A DNA stretch of 64,000 nucleotides, taken from Octopus bimaculoides (Eukaryota). The stretch covers positions 13,913,109 through 13,977,108 of the forward strand of contig NC_068987.1 in NCBI RefSeq assembly GCF_001194135.2, in the 5' to 3' direction. Shown piece after piece: positions 37,801 to 46,161 of this stretch; positions within the stretch are counted from its first letter, which is position 1; every line of letters begins with the position of its first letter. The notes under the pieces are model-generated. The model had not been told where the DNA came from, searched no databases, and saw only the letters and a list, made by a program, of their open reading frames with translations. The position numbers were made by a program, and so were the translations under genes.

Positions 37801-40800
37801 GAGCGTGGCCTTTGCCAGTACCGCCTGACTGGCCTTCGTGCGGGTGACACGTAAAAGCACCCACTACACTCTCTGAGTGGTTGGCTTTAGGAAGGGCATC
37901 CAGCTGTAGAAACTCTGCCAAATTAGATTGGAGCCTGGTGTTGCCATCCGGTTTCACCAGTCCTCAGTCAAATCGTCCAACCCATGCTAGCATGGAAGGC
38001 GGACGTTAAACGATGATGATGATGATGAGAAAAGCAACATGTTGACTGATGCAGCAAAGGTGGAATCTTGTGATGGTTCTGAGTAACTGTAGTACTCGGA
38101 AATTGCCAGCTCATCTTTTTTTTTTTTTTGTTAGATTTCTGTACTTAGTTCAAATCTTCATGTGGATCTGCAAAAACTACCTGGGTACTCCACCTCAAGC
38201 CTGAGTTCCTAGTTATTTCTGTTTTCCTTACCATTGGATCCAGACCCTGCTTCTGTTGTCAGACTGTGTGTAGTAAGTTGATAGTGTGCAGCAGTTTGTT
38301 CCTCATCAATCTGATCAAAACTCAGAGACTTCATCTAGGTGAACAACTTTCCCAATGACAAGGGATTCTCCTGTTACCATGACTACTTCTACTTCTGCAA
38401 AAAAGTACCAAAGAACATGCTGCCAGATTATATTTGCAAATGAGTTAGACTAGGTAGCATGTACATGCTTTCACTAATTGTTTTAGGTGCTTATGTAGTC
38501 CCAGGTAGACATAGATATCCTCTTGACTTTCCTACATTTAACCCTAATGGAACATTGAGGACATGACAGCTGGATGGAGAGAGAGAGAGAGAGCTGCACC
38601 AGTACTTGGCTAGTACTCATTTTTAACTGAGTGGACTTAAGCAATGTAAAATGAAGTAGCCTACTCAAGAGCACAACATGCTACCTGGTTCAATATTTGA
38701 ACCCAAAATCTTACAGTACAAGCCCACCATCCTAACCACTAGGCCACTGAATAGTAATGTATTAAAAAAAAAATATATATATATATATATATTTTATTTA
38801 ATGTCTTTAATGTATTTCATTGAATATTTTTACTGGCAGATAACCTTGACTGGGATGTGCACAGGACTTGGAGAAGTACAACCTCAAGCATCTAAAAACT
38901 TAGTGTATAAAACAAGTAAGTTTCCTAAGGCAATTAATGTGTATATTCTTAGGTTTCTCTCATTCTGTTTATATACAGGGTGTCCATGTAATTGTCCAGC
39001 TTGGGAGGCCATATCAGGAGCTTGTGCTGCATTGGCATAGTTCTCAGGGCCATTGAAGCACATACGCCACCACAGTGCAACAAGAAATGGACCTTATGGT
39101 GGCTGTCTGACCCATGCAAGCATGGAAAACTAGATACAGAAATGATAATAATAATGATGATTTTACAGTGATGTATTTACAGACATAAAGTCTTTCTAAC
39201 ATTTTAAGATTTAGTTATTTGAAATAATGATTTTTTCCCCATATAATAATGCTGATTGTTTTGTTTTTTTTATTTTATTTTAACCATTTAGCATTTAAAC
39301 CAGCCATATCTGGCTCAATTTTTATGTTTTATGTTCAGACAGGCTTCTTGCACCAATCCTACTATATCATCAGAATCTCAAAGCTGTGAAATAATACATG
39401 ATTAATTCAAAACATTGTGAATAAATAAGCAATACTTTAGACAGAATAATGTGAATGGTAAATGGTTAAAGAACGGCATCCACGCTGAAAACGAAATTTG
39501 AAATGTTTAATAATTTTCTTTTTTTGTTTTTGTTTTTTTCCAGACAATGGTTCTAACCTCCTTTTGAGTGTGCCGTCCAACAGTAGCTGTGATCAAGACC
39601 ATGACTTAATGTTTCAGATGGAAGAGGTACAAGAAAGCCCTGTTACATCAAAGACATCTCAGCAAGGTAAGACCATTTCTATTGCTTCAATGACATGTGA
39701 CAGGGGAACACATCACACTCTTGTGGGGTGGCTCATCCACTTTGGATGAGCTCTCACCTGTGGCTCCAAGTAACTGTTTGATTGCAACAGCAGCCACATG
39801 CACAATAAACCACTTCAACTTGTGGGTTAAACCAGGTAATGTTAGCTAACAGATATGTAACTCTTGGTGAGTTAAGGCTTGCCTACCTGTGCCTATGAAG
39901 AACTGGATCTGGTAGACTCTGCAAGGTTGGTTCATTCGATTAAAAATTCTTCAAGGCAGTGCCCCAGCATGGTCACAGTCAAAGGACTGAAACAAGATAA
40001 AAGATACCAGTTGTTTTTAATCATGGTTTAAGTGTTCTGTATTGTTTATATCTCTACTTGATATATATATATGTATTTTCTTTTATAATTATATTCTTCT
40101 TTTTTGTTCCCTTTCAGCACAAAAAACTGGCAAAACAGAAAATGGTCTCAAGTTCCATGTAAGTATGGAGATGATTATTGTCATGAAGCCCATGGCTTTT
40201 CTCGTAATTTAGAGAGGTGCTCCCTTCCTGTAGACACTGGATCTGCTGGTGTCTATACTATTAAGAGTTGTCCTGTGCTTTAACCAAATCTGTAAAACAT
40301 GTCTTTGAATCATACTCAAAACAGATTCTGCAGTTTTCTAGATCAAAACACCTTACAATCAGTTTTTCAAGAAAGAGAAAAGCTGTACTCTCTGTGGTCA
40401 CTTGACCTGCTGGAAATTGTAGCTATATCTCCTTCAAATCAAACTCTGCCATCTTAAAAAAGGAAAATAACCTAATGAGCTATTCAATAATGTTCTAAAA
40501 TGATGGAAGGGTCATAGGGGTAATGTTTTTGATGATTGGACTGCTTGTTTAAGGCATACCACAGGGAGACTAAACATCCCTCTAATCTTGAGTTGCTTTT
40601 GTCCTGTTGTACCTATTTACAGCTAGGTGGGCTGGGCTGTTTGAGGGTAAAATGCATTTGGCCAATAGTAGACAGGTTGTATTAGTGGTAGAATATGAAC
40701 AACTGACATAACTCGGTGCAGGCATGGATGCATGGTTAAGAAGCTTGCTTTACAACCACGTGGTTTTGGGTTCAGTTCCACTATGCTGCACCTCAGATAA

Positions 40801-41948
40801 ATGTCTTACATACTGAGTTTAAATTCTGCCAAGGTCAACTCAGCCTTTCATACTTTCAGAGGTCAATAAAAGAAGTACTAGTTGACCTCTGAAGTTGAGT
40901 TAATCGACTAGCTCCCTCCCGCAAAATTGGAAACCAATATTCACACCTCTTTTCTATCTCTGTCCCTTCACATTCTTTTTTACACTCATAAACATACATG
41001 CACACACACACAATCTTTCTTTTTTTCTCTCTCTCTCTCTCTGCTTATGTTTATTGTGGCTATGTCCCTCCTGTAACTCCTGTAACGCCATCCTATCATC
41101 ACATTGTTTGTATTTCTCTACGCAGACACTTCCTCGGCACCGTCTTGGAGTCGAATTGATACCCATGTCATATGTACCAGGTGGAAAGATAGATCATTAT
41201 CTTGGAAGTTATAACTTCTTCTTTATCAGGGAAAGCACATCAGTTCGAGAGGTAAGTTTTCCTTTCCTTTTGATAAATGCATTTTTTTTTTGTGTATGTT
41301 TTAATTTTCCTTCTAAAATACCATATATGGTGGCATAAAAGATGCATGGGCATCTTAGACACACTCCAATTTCAGCGGAACAGATTCAGGAAAAAGAGTG
41401 GCAGGAACAGTATTTGGTCAAACATACATGCAGAGTGTAATCGTTGAGGTTGATAGTTTGTTTTTTTTATATGCACATCTTATTTGTCCTTGGCCTTATA
41501 TTAATTCAGATGACCTTGCCCTGAAGACAAATCACCCATGAAAACTGTTTCGATTCTAACCTTAACTCTGACCAGATCCCAGCGAGACAGTAAACATCGT
41601 CGGCGGCAGCAGTGGCGATATTGCTTTAGTTGTGCTAAAGGGAACATGATAATAATAATAATAATACAAATGATGATGATATGTTAAAAGAAAATCATTT
41701 CTATTTTCAGATGGGAGGAGCCTGTGGTTTTATGCAAAGCTTTGTGTCAGAGGTGAAAGCTATTGTACGAGCCCATGTTGGAGCTCTAGGTGGTAATGCC
41801 ATGGTTGCCTACAAAATGAATGAATGTATTCTTCTCAACAATCCCCATAAAAACCAGGTATTTAATTTTAATTATTCTGTTTCCACTTGCTAACTCCATT
41901 TACACTAATTGCACCTGAACTAACAAATAGACAAGTATTACATCTCTG

Positions 41949-42021
<73 letters not shown>

Positions 42022-43841
42022 GAATTAAGGTTGTAATGAAGACACAGAACTAGTAAGCTCAATTTGGTAAAAATTCTAATGCCAATGATATATGCACTAT
42101 TTTCTAAGAATTTTGTTAAAATATTTTTTCTTATAAATGTACTAAAATTAAATTTAATCAACTTCAGCACAGACGTAGTTGTGTGTTTACCTTGCATATT
42201 TCGTTGCTCTTAGGAAAAGAAATATCTGTATTGATATTTCTTACCAGTGCAGACCACCTAGGTATCGACATGTCATAACAATGATGGCAGAGGTTTAATG
42301 TTTGTAAAGGAAGACAACTCTATAGTGTAACTTTGCTTTTCATTTCAATAGGTTTTAAAATTTGTATGTCTCTTATAAGGCAGCTGACAGACCTGTGAGC
42401 TGACTGGGTAAAACTGTTAGCTGCATTTCATCTGTCTTTACGTTCCGAGTTCAAATTCTGCCCATATATATGGTTGATTTAAGGTGTGGTATGGAAGGGT
42501 GAAAAATATAGTTTTTTTGTGAGTGTTTGGTAACCTTGCTGGTATTGCTACCATAAAAAAACACTCAATACAGTCCATAAAGTAGTTGGCAATAAGAAGG
42601 GCATCCTGCTGTAGAAACCCTGCCAAAGTAGACATTGGAGCTCAACAACACAGTTGTCTGACCTGTTGGATCCTATCAAGCTACCCAACTCATGCCAGCA
42701 TAGAATATGGGCGATGATAATGAGGATTACAAGTGAAGGTATCAACCATGTGAACCAAACAAAATGATTGACATAGTTAAATAAAGCATCACTGTTTTTG
42801 GTCATTTTACACTGTGATAGATTTTAATGGACCAATTTCTTTGGTGCAGTTTGTTCATCCTAGAAAAAGTATGCACAAATTATGAGTGGAATTCGTTTGT
42901 CAACCAAGTCAACTGAGACAATTAGAATTAATGTACCTTGCCTAGAAGAACAGGGTGAACATAAATGACATCTTCAGAAAGCTTTAAAAAAAAAAAAAAA
43001 CCTACTGCATTTGATGGCATATAAGATGCACTCCCCTCTCTCCACGTCTCAAAAAAAATCACCCCGGGTCTTATATGTGATGTTGAGCCTGCCATAAGCT
43101 AATTTTCTAATTGACCTGAATGTATCTGGTCAGTTATGATGATGATGGTTCCAGTTGATCCAATCAATGAAACAACCTACTCATGAAATAAACATGCAAG
43201 TGGTTTAGTGCTCCACAGACACACGTACTCTTAATGTTATTCTCAGGAAGATTCAGCGTGACACAGGATGTGACAAGGCTGGTCCTTTGAAATACAAGTA
43301 CATCTCATTTTTGCCATCTGAATGGAGCAATGTGAAATAAAGTTTCTTGCTCAAGAACTCAATGCGCCACCAGATATCAAACTCACAACCTTACAATCCT
43401 GAGCCAAACACCTTAGCCACTAAGCCATGTGCCTGATTGACCTAATGAGTAATAAAACAATTGATTATTTATTTGGTTAACTAATTGACAAATAATAAAA
43501 TAAAGAAGTTAAAAAAAACAGTGTTTCTGTTTATTAATTGGTATAATGACAATCTGAAGATACAACAAAATAGTATTTATGTATTTTAAAAGCCTTCTGT
43601 TGTAATTTATCTTATGTCTTGCAATATTGGTTAATTTCAGTGCCAGTGTCTTATCAATGTCAGTGGCGATGCTGTCAGTGTGTTATATGGCTTGGAGCTG
43701 CCTTTCGAATTAGCCAACGTGGCCAGCGGCACGCTAAGTGTTAGTCGCGGCGACGTATCTCAAGCTCAACCCAGTGGCAGTGGTAACAACACCCTCTCTA
43801 CAACCTCAAGACCCGTGTCAGATTCGCCTGTCATCTCATGA
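1..43841 (+). CDS. C2CD5: C2 domain-containing protein 5 orthologue, 3' part (22 exons, about 805 aa in window; 5' exons upstream)
   Basis: Manual splicing gives one open frame of 2418 nt. Recognisable motifs include RRSSDSDLSTTPK, EYPFFTMKTFPP..HLGGVVSAKSVKLLDKIHNP, DEPETRDAWW, CHIPY, VPDVLFTT, LPFMEYELH, GMNGLFGL, FFFIRESTSVRE, VRAHVGALGGNA and QCLINVSGDAV, matching human C2CD5 as recalled. Confidence 0.95.
2344..2702 (-). mobile_element. Helentron-type non-autonomous element (HINE / DINE-1-like)
   Basis: Hairpin TACCTCCACCTT-CACT-AAGGCGGAGGTA (2670-2697), (GTTT)n tract, inverted ACCTCCG sub-terminal repeat near 2368 and terminal stem-loop GTGCTC-TCT-GGGTAC on the minus strand. Confidence 0.65.
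4680..5495 (+). mobile_element. Head-to-tail train of about four tRNA-derived SINE copies (family A) joined by (ATT)n
   Basis: Repeated GAGCTGGCAGAATTGTTAG..GAGTTCAAATTC..GCCTTTCATC..AATAAGTACCAG units; clear starts at 4878 and 5110. Confidence 0.85.
7170..7450 (+). repeat. Single monomer of the HHR-bearing repeat
   Basis: Same block order as at 21.8-22.1 kb: twin hairpins, HHR, ATTATGAACAC, GTTGTTCTCC, GATTAGCATATTC, GAATGAATATG. Confidence 0.7.
7258..7314 (+). ncRNA. Degenerate type I hammerhead ribozyme of the same family
   Basis: CUUUGG / CUGAUAA / GACA-CAAUAA-UGUC / AAAACAC-UGG-AUGUC / CCAGAG-UCC; core changes G8A and G12A. Confidence 0.65.
8651..8730. repeat. (ATT)n microsatellite (representative of many)
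   Basis: Other long tracts: (CT)n about 17292-17380 and 33907-33971, (TAT)n 18319-18385, (AAT)n 41950-42020, numerous (TA)n and (CA)n. Confidence 0.95.
9093..9119 (+). CDS. C2CD5: Candidate 27-nt C2CD5 microexon (E-VSPGPPPP)
   Basis: GC-rich island in AT-rich intron; TTATTTTTCAG acceptor, CAG/GTGAGC donor; phase 1-1 matches the host intron; no stop. Confidence 0.6.
10307..10536. mobile_element. TTAA-flanked MITE (piggyBac-like), family 2
   Basis: TCAA-CCCTTCTGTTAC ... GTATCAAAAAGG-TTAA; second copy at 56594-56803. Confidence 0.7.
10641..10655 (+). CDS. C2CD5: Candidate 15-nt C2CD5 microexon (VPSAG)
   Basis: U-rich tract then TTAAG acceptor; GAG/GTAGGC donor; phase 1-1 and open. Confidence 0.4.
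11675..11922. mobile_element. Decayed hAT (Charlie-like) MITE
   Basis: Ends CAGTATTTCTCGACC and GGTTGAGAATCACCA fit a CAGTGGTTCTCAACC-type TIR; target duplication not clean. Confidence 0.45.
12661..13360. other. Assembly gap (700 N)
   Basis: N run; other gaps at 10601-10612, 35410-35419, 37562-37743, 51724-52041 and 52513-52874. Confidence 0.99.
17119..17240 (+). CDS. C2CD5: C2CD5 exon, Gly/Ser-rich
   Basis: Acceptor ..ACTCGCAG, donor GTAAGC; GGSLTGSSGSGSGTGVLSGISGRAAGNKPGMPQTQPTIDML; phase 1 to 0. Confidence 0.85.
17797..18180 (+). mobile_element. Young full-length tRNA-derived SINE (family C) nested in a family-A SINE
   Basis: A box TGGCCCAGTGG, B box GGTTTCGATTCC; 13-bp target-site duplication ATGTTCTTAGTTC at 17784-17796 and 18181-18193. 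Confidence 0.9.
21137..21245 (+). CDS. C2CD5: C2CD5 exon
   Basis: TTATAG / GTAAGT; EYPFFTMKTFPPAFIVHLGGVVSAKSVKLLDKIHNP; phase 0 to 1. Confidence 0.95.
21470..22120 (+). repeat. About two diverged monomers of the HHR-bearing repeat
   Basis: Blocks GTGATTAG(C/T)ATATT..GAAT(C/T)TG..ATTAAGA recur at about 21731-21785 and 22047-22098 (period about 315). Confidence 0.7.
21915..21971 (+). ncRNA. Type I hammerhead ribozyme, intact core, intronic, sense to C2CD5
   Basis: GGA-UGC-CUUUAG / CUGACGA / GACA-CCACAA-UGUU / GAA / ACAC-UGA-GUGU / C cleavage site at 21962 / UCAAAG-UCC. Confidence 0.82.
22419..22533 (+). CDS. C2CD5: C2CD5 exon
   Basis: TTTCAG / GTGAGC; DEPETRDAWWIEIRTEIRSHCRSMGCHAVIGYSEMSSI; phase 1 to 2. 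Confidence 0.95.
22953..23357 (+). mobile_element. Non-autonomous element: tRNA-like head + (AAT)n between ~110-bp inverted arms bearing a Penelope-type HHR
   Basis: Arms 22987-23097 and 23246-23357 are reverse complements with few mismatches; A box TGGTGTAGTGG at 23105 and B box GAGTTCGATTCC at 23149. Confidence 0.75.
23034..23079 (-). ncRNA. Penelope-type minimal type I hammerhead motif
   Basis: Minus strand: GACAC / CUGAUGA+A / GGCUG-GAGGGUAUAU-CAGCC / GAA-ACGU-U / GUGUU; palindromic ACGU in place of helix III. Confidence 0.7.
23838..24023 (+). CDS. C2CD5: C2CD5 exon
   Basis: TTTCAG / GTAAGG; CDEVIILSAIGTAAVISS..LANQMSQN; phase 2 to 2. Confidence 0.92.
24533..24637 (+). CDS. C2CD5: C2CD5 exon (Cys/His-rich segment)
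   Basis: TTCCAG / GTAAGT; SIEEGYTPANCVLCHIPYKTASMPFKVTLDTCTVC; phase 2 to 2. Confidence 0.93.
25777..26005. mobile_element. TTAA-flanked MITE (piggyBac-like), family 1
   Basis: TTAA-CCCTTTAG ... CTAAAGGG-TTAA; further copies at 15015-15236, 31558-31785 (opposite orientation) and about 39284-39467. Confidence 0.75.
26750..26839 (+). CDS. C2CD5: C2CD5 exon
   Basis: TTGCAG / GTAAGG; HKHPVPDVLFTTINPPEEIQTIGKGTLIQA; phase 2 to 2. Confidence 0.95.
27351..27582 (+). mobile_element. Young family-A SINE (same subfamily as 54877)
   Basis: Same GTTTGTCCCCTCTGTG..AGCCCC tail; imperfect duplication ATAATTATAAAT(T/G)TTA on both sides. Confidence 0.88.
27638..27695 (+). CDS. C2CD5: C2CD5 exon
   Basis: TTGCAG / GTAAGC; RIYRAKKEGKGEACAKEISD; phase 2 to 0. 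Confidence 0.92.
28268..28321 (+). CDS. C2CD5: C2CD5 exon
   Basis: TGATAG / GTGAGT; CLPFMEYELHNQLINKLK; phase 0 to 0. Confidence 0.95.
28456..29075 (+). mobile_element. Train of three family-A SINEs after a compound (TAC)(TAT)(TAG) microsatellite
   Basis: Heads near 28456, 28661 and 28845, each preceded by an ATT- or TAG-type tract. Confidence 0.85.
29477..29551 (+). CDS. C2CD5: C2CD5 exon
   Basis: TTTCAG / GTGAGT; MRGMNGLFGLVVHITVGETMLAGIA. Confidence 0.95.
30793..30855 (+). CDS. C2CD5: C2CD5 exon
   Basis: TTTCAG / GTAATA; TATAAYLNALPAPSVPRISGQ. Confidence 0.93.
31872..32126 (+). mobile_element. tRNA-derived SINE with CCTGCGATGGACTGGCGTCCCATCCAGG block and TTTACC tail
   Basis: tRNA-like head, CTTGAGCAAAACACTT core-like block, 3' GGTAACTTTACCTTTAC. 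Confidence 0.7.
32514..32612 (+). CDS. C2CD5: C2CD5 exon
   Basis: TTTTAG / GTAAGT; VMTASDNNDLEKLQQRLTTTVQNLKEQYEIFVP. Confidence 0.9.
32855..33185 (-). mobile_element. 5'-truncated RTE-clade LINE, 3' end of ORF (pseudogenised)
   Basis: Minus translation ..TSCITCQALTWNQQKMWKRGHPRNSWRQDTEVEMKKQGFNWRETEKIA*SQKQWGNIIDGLCFTG resembles the RTE C-terminal pattern ITRQALTWNPxGKRKRGRP..W..GLC. Confidence 0.75.
34198..34314 (+). CDS. C2CD5: C2CD5 exon
   Basis: TTCCAG / GTAAGT; EVAPGQSSLRCSADNTDDSDEDQSDLELSFGNKDTFVLE. Confidence 0.93.
35782..35904 (+). CDS. C2CD5: C2CD5 exon
   Basis: CTTCAG / GTAAGT; VDDAKDETVSLILDDFTAPEGFEICNTEVLPGVTNIVCNLQ. Confidence 0.94.
36045..36131 (+). CDS. C2CD5: C2CD5 exon
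   Basis: CTTCAG / GTAAGT; MFTHVWRGKCQKVPMTVKDFSDLFNHLIR. Confidence 0.92.
36828..36890. repeat. Perfect 30-bp tandem duplication
   Basis: TTCTAGATTCTGTTTCCATGACTGGAACTG twice, about 90 nt upstream of an exon. Confidence 0.95.
36980..37069 (+). CDS. C2CD5: C2CD5 exon
   Basis: TTATAG / GTATAG; KICFKLRKMAPCCLSCLDFNLELADEDEVQ. Confidence 0.93.
37169..37457 (+). mobile_element. SINE or short LINE-tail element with RTE-like 3' end and (GAT)n tail (family D)
   Basis: GAGTGGTTGGC..AGGAAGGGCATCCAGCTGTAGAAA..CCCATGCTAGCATGGAAGGCGGACGTTAAACGATGATGAT; many decayed copies (e.g. 626, 11226, 18740, 35465, 42590, 59410) and a minus copy at 47731-47859. Confidence 0.8.
38840..38915 (+). CDS. C2CD5: C2CD5 exon
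   Basis: TGGCAG / GTAAGT; ITLTGMCTGLGEVQPQASKNLVYKT; phase 0 to 1. Confidence 0.88.
39544..39666 (+). CDS. C2CD5: C2CD5 exon
   Basis: TTCCAG / GTAAGA; NNGSNLLLSVPSNSSCDQDHDLMFQMEEVQESPVTSKTSQQ; phase 1 to 1. Confidence 0.85.
40118..40158 (+). CDS. C2CD5: C2CD5 short exon
   Basis: TTTCAG / GTAAGT; AQKTGKTENGLKFH; phase 1 to 0, required to restore frame to the next exon. Confidence 0.85.
41126..41251 (+). CDS. C2CD5: C2CD5 exon
   Basis: ACGCAG / GTAAGT; TLPRHRLGVELIPMSYVPGGKIDHYLGSYNFFFIRESTSVRE. Confidence 0.95.
41711..41857 (+). CDS. C2CD5: C2CD5 exon
   Basis: TTTCAG / GTATTT; MGGACGFMQSFVSEVKAIVRAHVGALGGNAMVAYKMNECILLNNPHKNQ. Confidence 0.95.
43641..43841 (+). CDS. C2CD5: C2CD5 last coding exon
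   Basis: TTTCAG acceptor; CQCLINVSGDAVSVLYGLELPFELANVASGTL..SDSPVIS then TGA at 43839-43841. Confidence 0.93.
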   Translation, partial: CQCLINVSGDAVSVLYGLELPFELANVASGTLSVSRGDVSQAQPSGSGNNTLSTTSRPVSDSPVIS

Positions 43842-44616
43842 CACACAGGAAAATGCTAAGATTATAACTAACACACACACACACACAAGAAAAAGGAAAA
43901 AAAAAAAAGACTAAGAAAATTAACAAAATCATACGATGAAATCACCAGTCTAGCCTTGATAAGCATATATATGCGTATGTATGTGTAATGTATATATATA
44001 TATATGTATACACACACATGCACATATATATATATATATATATCCATACATACATACCTAACTCAAAGTTGCATCATATTGGAGTCAACAATTGCAGCTG
44101 CATCTTACAAGCTGCTGTTTTACTTCATTTTTTTTTTTTGTGAAGATTTACCTTTTTTTTAACCTGCTTTTTTTTTCTCCTCATTGTGAAAATGGATAAT
44201 TATGTTTCACTAAATTTTTTTTATTGAAATTTCATTTCCTTTGTGTTTTGTTTTATTTTAGTTTTTGTTTGTTTTAATTTTTTTTGTTTGCTTTATTTTA
44301 TTTTGGTTTTTAGAAAGAAAACTTTATTTTTATTTATTATTATTATTATTAATTTAATTTAATTTTTTTCATTTTGTTCAGTTTGAAGTTAGATTTTTGT
44401 CCTCATATCTAAAACACCATAAAGTTGCTCTTTTCTGTCTACTTACCCCTGCAAATGATGTTTACACTGGTTCAACTCCCATTTCCATCTGCTGTGTGTA
44501 ATATCATAGTAGTTTGTGCTTGTCTCACCATGTTCTGGGTTCAAACCCAGCTTGGCTCCCTTTTGTCTTTTATTCCCCAGAGAGTCAAAACAAGTACTAC
44601 TCTTGATCTAAGAGTA

Positions 44617-44661
44617 GTATATACTCCACTCGTATATACTCCACTCGTATATACTCCACTC
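44617..44661. repeat. Perfect 3 x 15-bp tandem repeat
   Basis: GTATATACTCCACTC three times, overlapping a 10-bp stem TACTACTCTT-GATCT-AAGAGTAGTA at 44595-44619. Confidence 0.95.
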
Positions 44662-45967
44662 CCTTCATTTTCTAATGTAGGAAATACTTAGCGACATTAT
44701 TAATGCGATGGTGGTGGTGGTGATGATGGTGATGGTAGTGATGGTGGTGGGGGAAGATCTTTAACGAACCAAATCTATAATCAGTTCTTTAATCCCTATT
44801 AGACCCCTCCCCTTCATTTACATCTTTAATATCTTTAAAAGTATTAACAGAACAACTTCATCTTTCTTTATGTTACTGTATGTTTATGTTGTTGTTATTG
44901 TTGCTATTGGCATCATCATCATCATCATTGATGCTGTTGATGTTGTTATTGATGTTATCACTGTGTTGGTGACTTATGGGCAGTGGACGGGCAGAACCAC
45001 GAGAGTGTCGGACAAAATGCTTCGTCTCTTTGGGTTCTGAGTTCATATTTCACCAAGGTCAGCTTTACCTTTCATCCTTCCAGGGGTTGACAAAATATAA
45101 ACTGAGGTTGATTTAAATTGACTGTACCCTTCCCCTAAAATTGTGGCCCTTGTGCCAATCTTAGAATTTGTTATAAACATTTCTGTTTCCTCAGTTTTCC
45201 TCTGGTGTTTACAGATAAGCATCACTTAACAGATTTTGTGTCCCCTCCCTGCTATTTTCTGATAACACTAACTGGCTTAATGGCAACAATAATTCATACA
45301 TTGATGATCAGAAAGATCTGAAATGCTTGCATTCAACAGTCTGGTTAGGGGACATTGCAAACTGGCTTGGTGTGTTTACACCTTTCTGTCTACAGTGAGA
45401 AATTTTCTCCATGACAAAATACAGCAAATGGATTTCTTGTGGGTTTGAATATCCCGCAAGCATATTTGAACTGGTAACAAGTTTGTACCTTGGTTGTGGT
45501 TGGCTGCTGGTTCTGACAGATGGCAGTGTCAATCATGGATGTTTTCTTTTAGTTTTTTTTTTGTTTCATTTCATTGTTTTCATCAATGTCATTATCCCTT
45601 TTGTTACCATATAGTAGAAGACACTTAGGAAAGTGTCTTCTACTATAGCTCTGGGCTGACTGGAACCCTAATGAGTGGATTTGGTAGACAGAAACTGAAA
45701 CAGGCTTAGGTTCACATGTGATTATGTGGTTTAGAAACTTGCTTCCTAACCATGTGGTCTCGGGTTCAGTCCCAATTTGTGGTACCTTGGGCAAGAGTCT
45801 TCTGCTATAACCCTGGGCAAGTGTCTTCTACTATAACTCTGGGCCAACCAAAACCTTGTGAATTGATTTGTTAGATGGCAACTGAAAAAAGCCTATTGTA
45901 TGTATATGTGTGTGTGTATACACATACATAGGCTTTTTCAGTTGCTATTTAACGAATATAATCACAA

Positions 45968-46009
<42 letters not shown>

Positions 46010-46065
46010 ACTGATCCATTATAGAAAATTCAACAAAGAAAGTACTCCATCTGGTGAGAGATAAA

Positions 46066-46161
46066 TATTTATTTAAAGGTCACAATGCATGTATTAAAGC
46101 GCTACTAATAGTTTCATATTAGTAGCATTTTAATACATGAATTGCGACCTTTAAATAAATA
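46066..46161. repeat. Near-perfect 45-bp inverted repeat, 6-nt loop
   Basis: Arms 46066-46110 and 46117-46161 with four mismatched positions. Confidence 0.9.
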
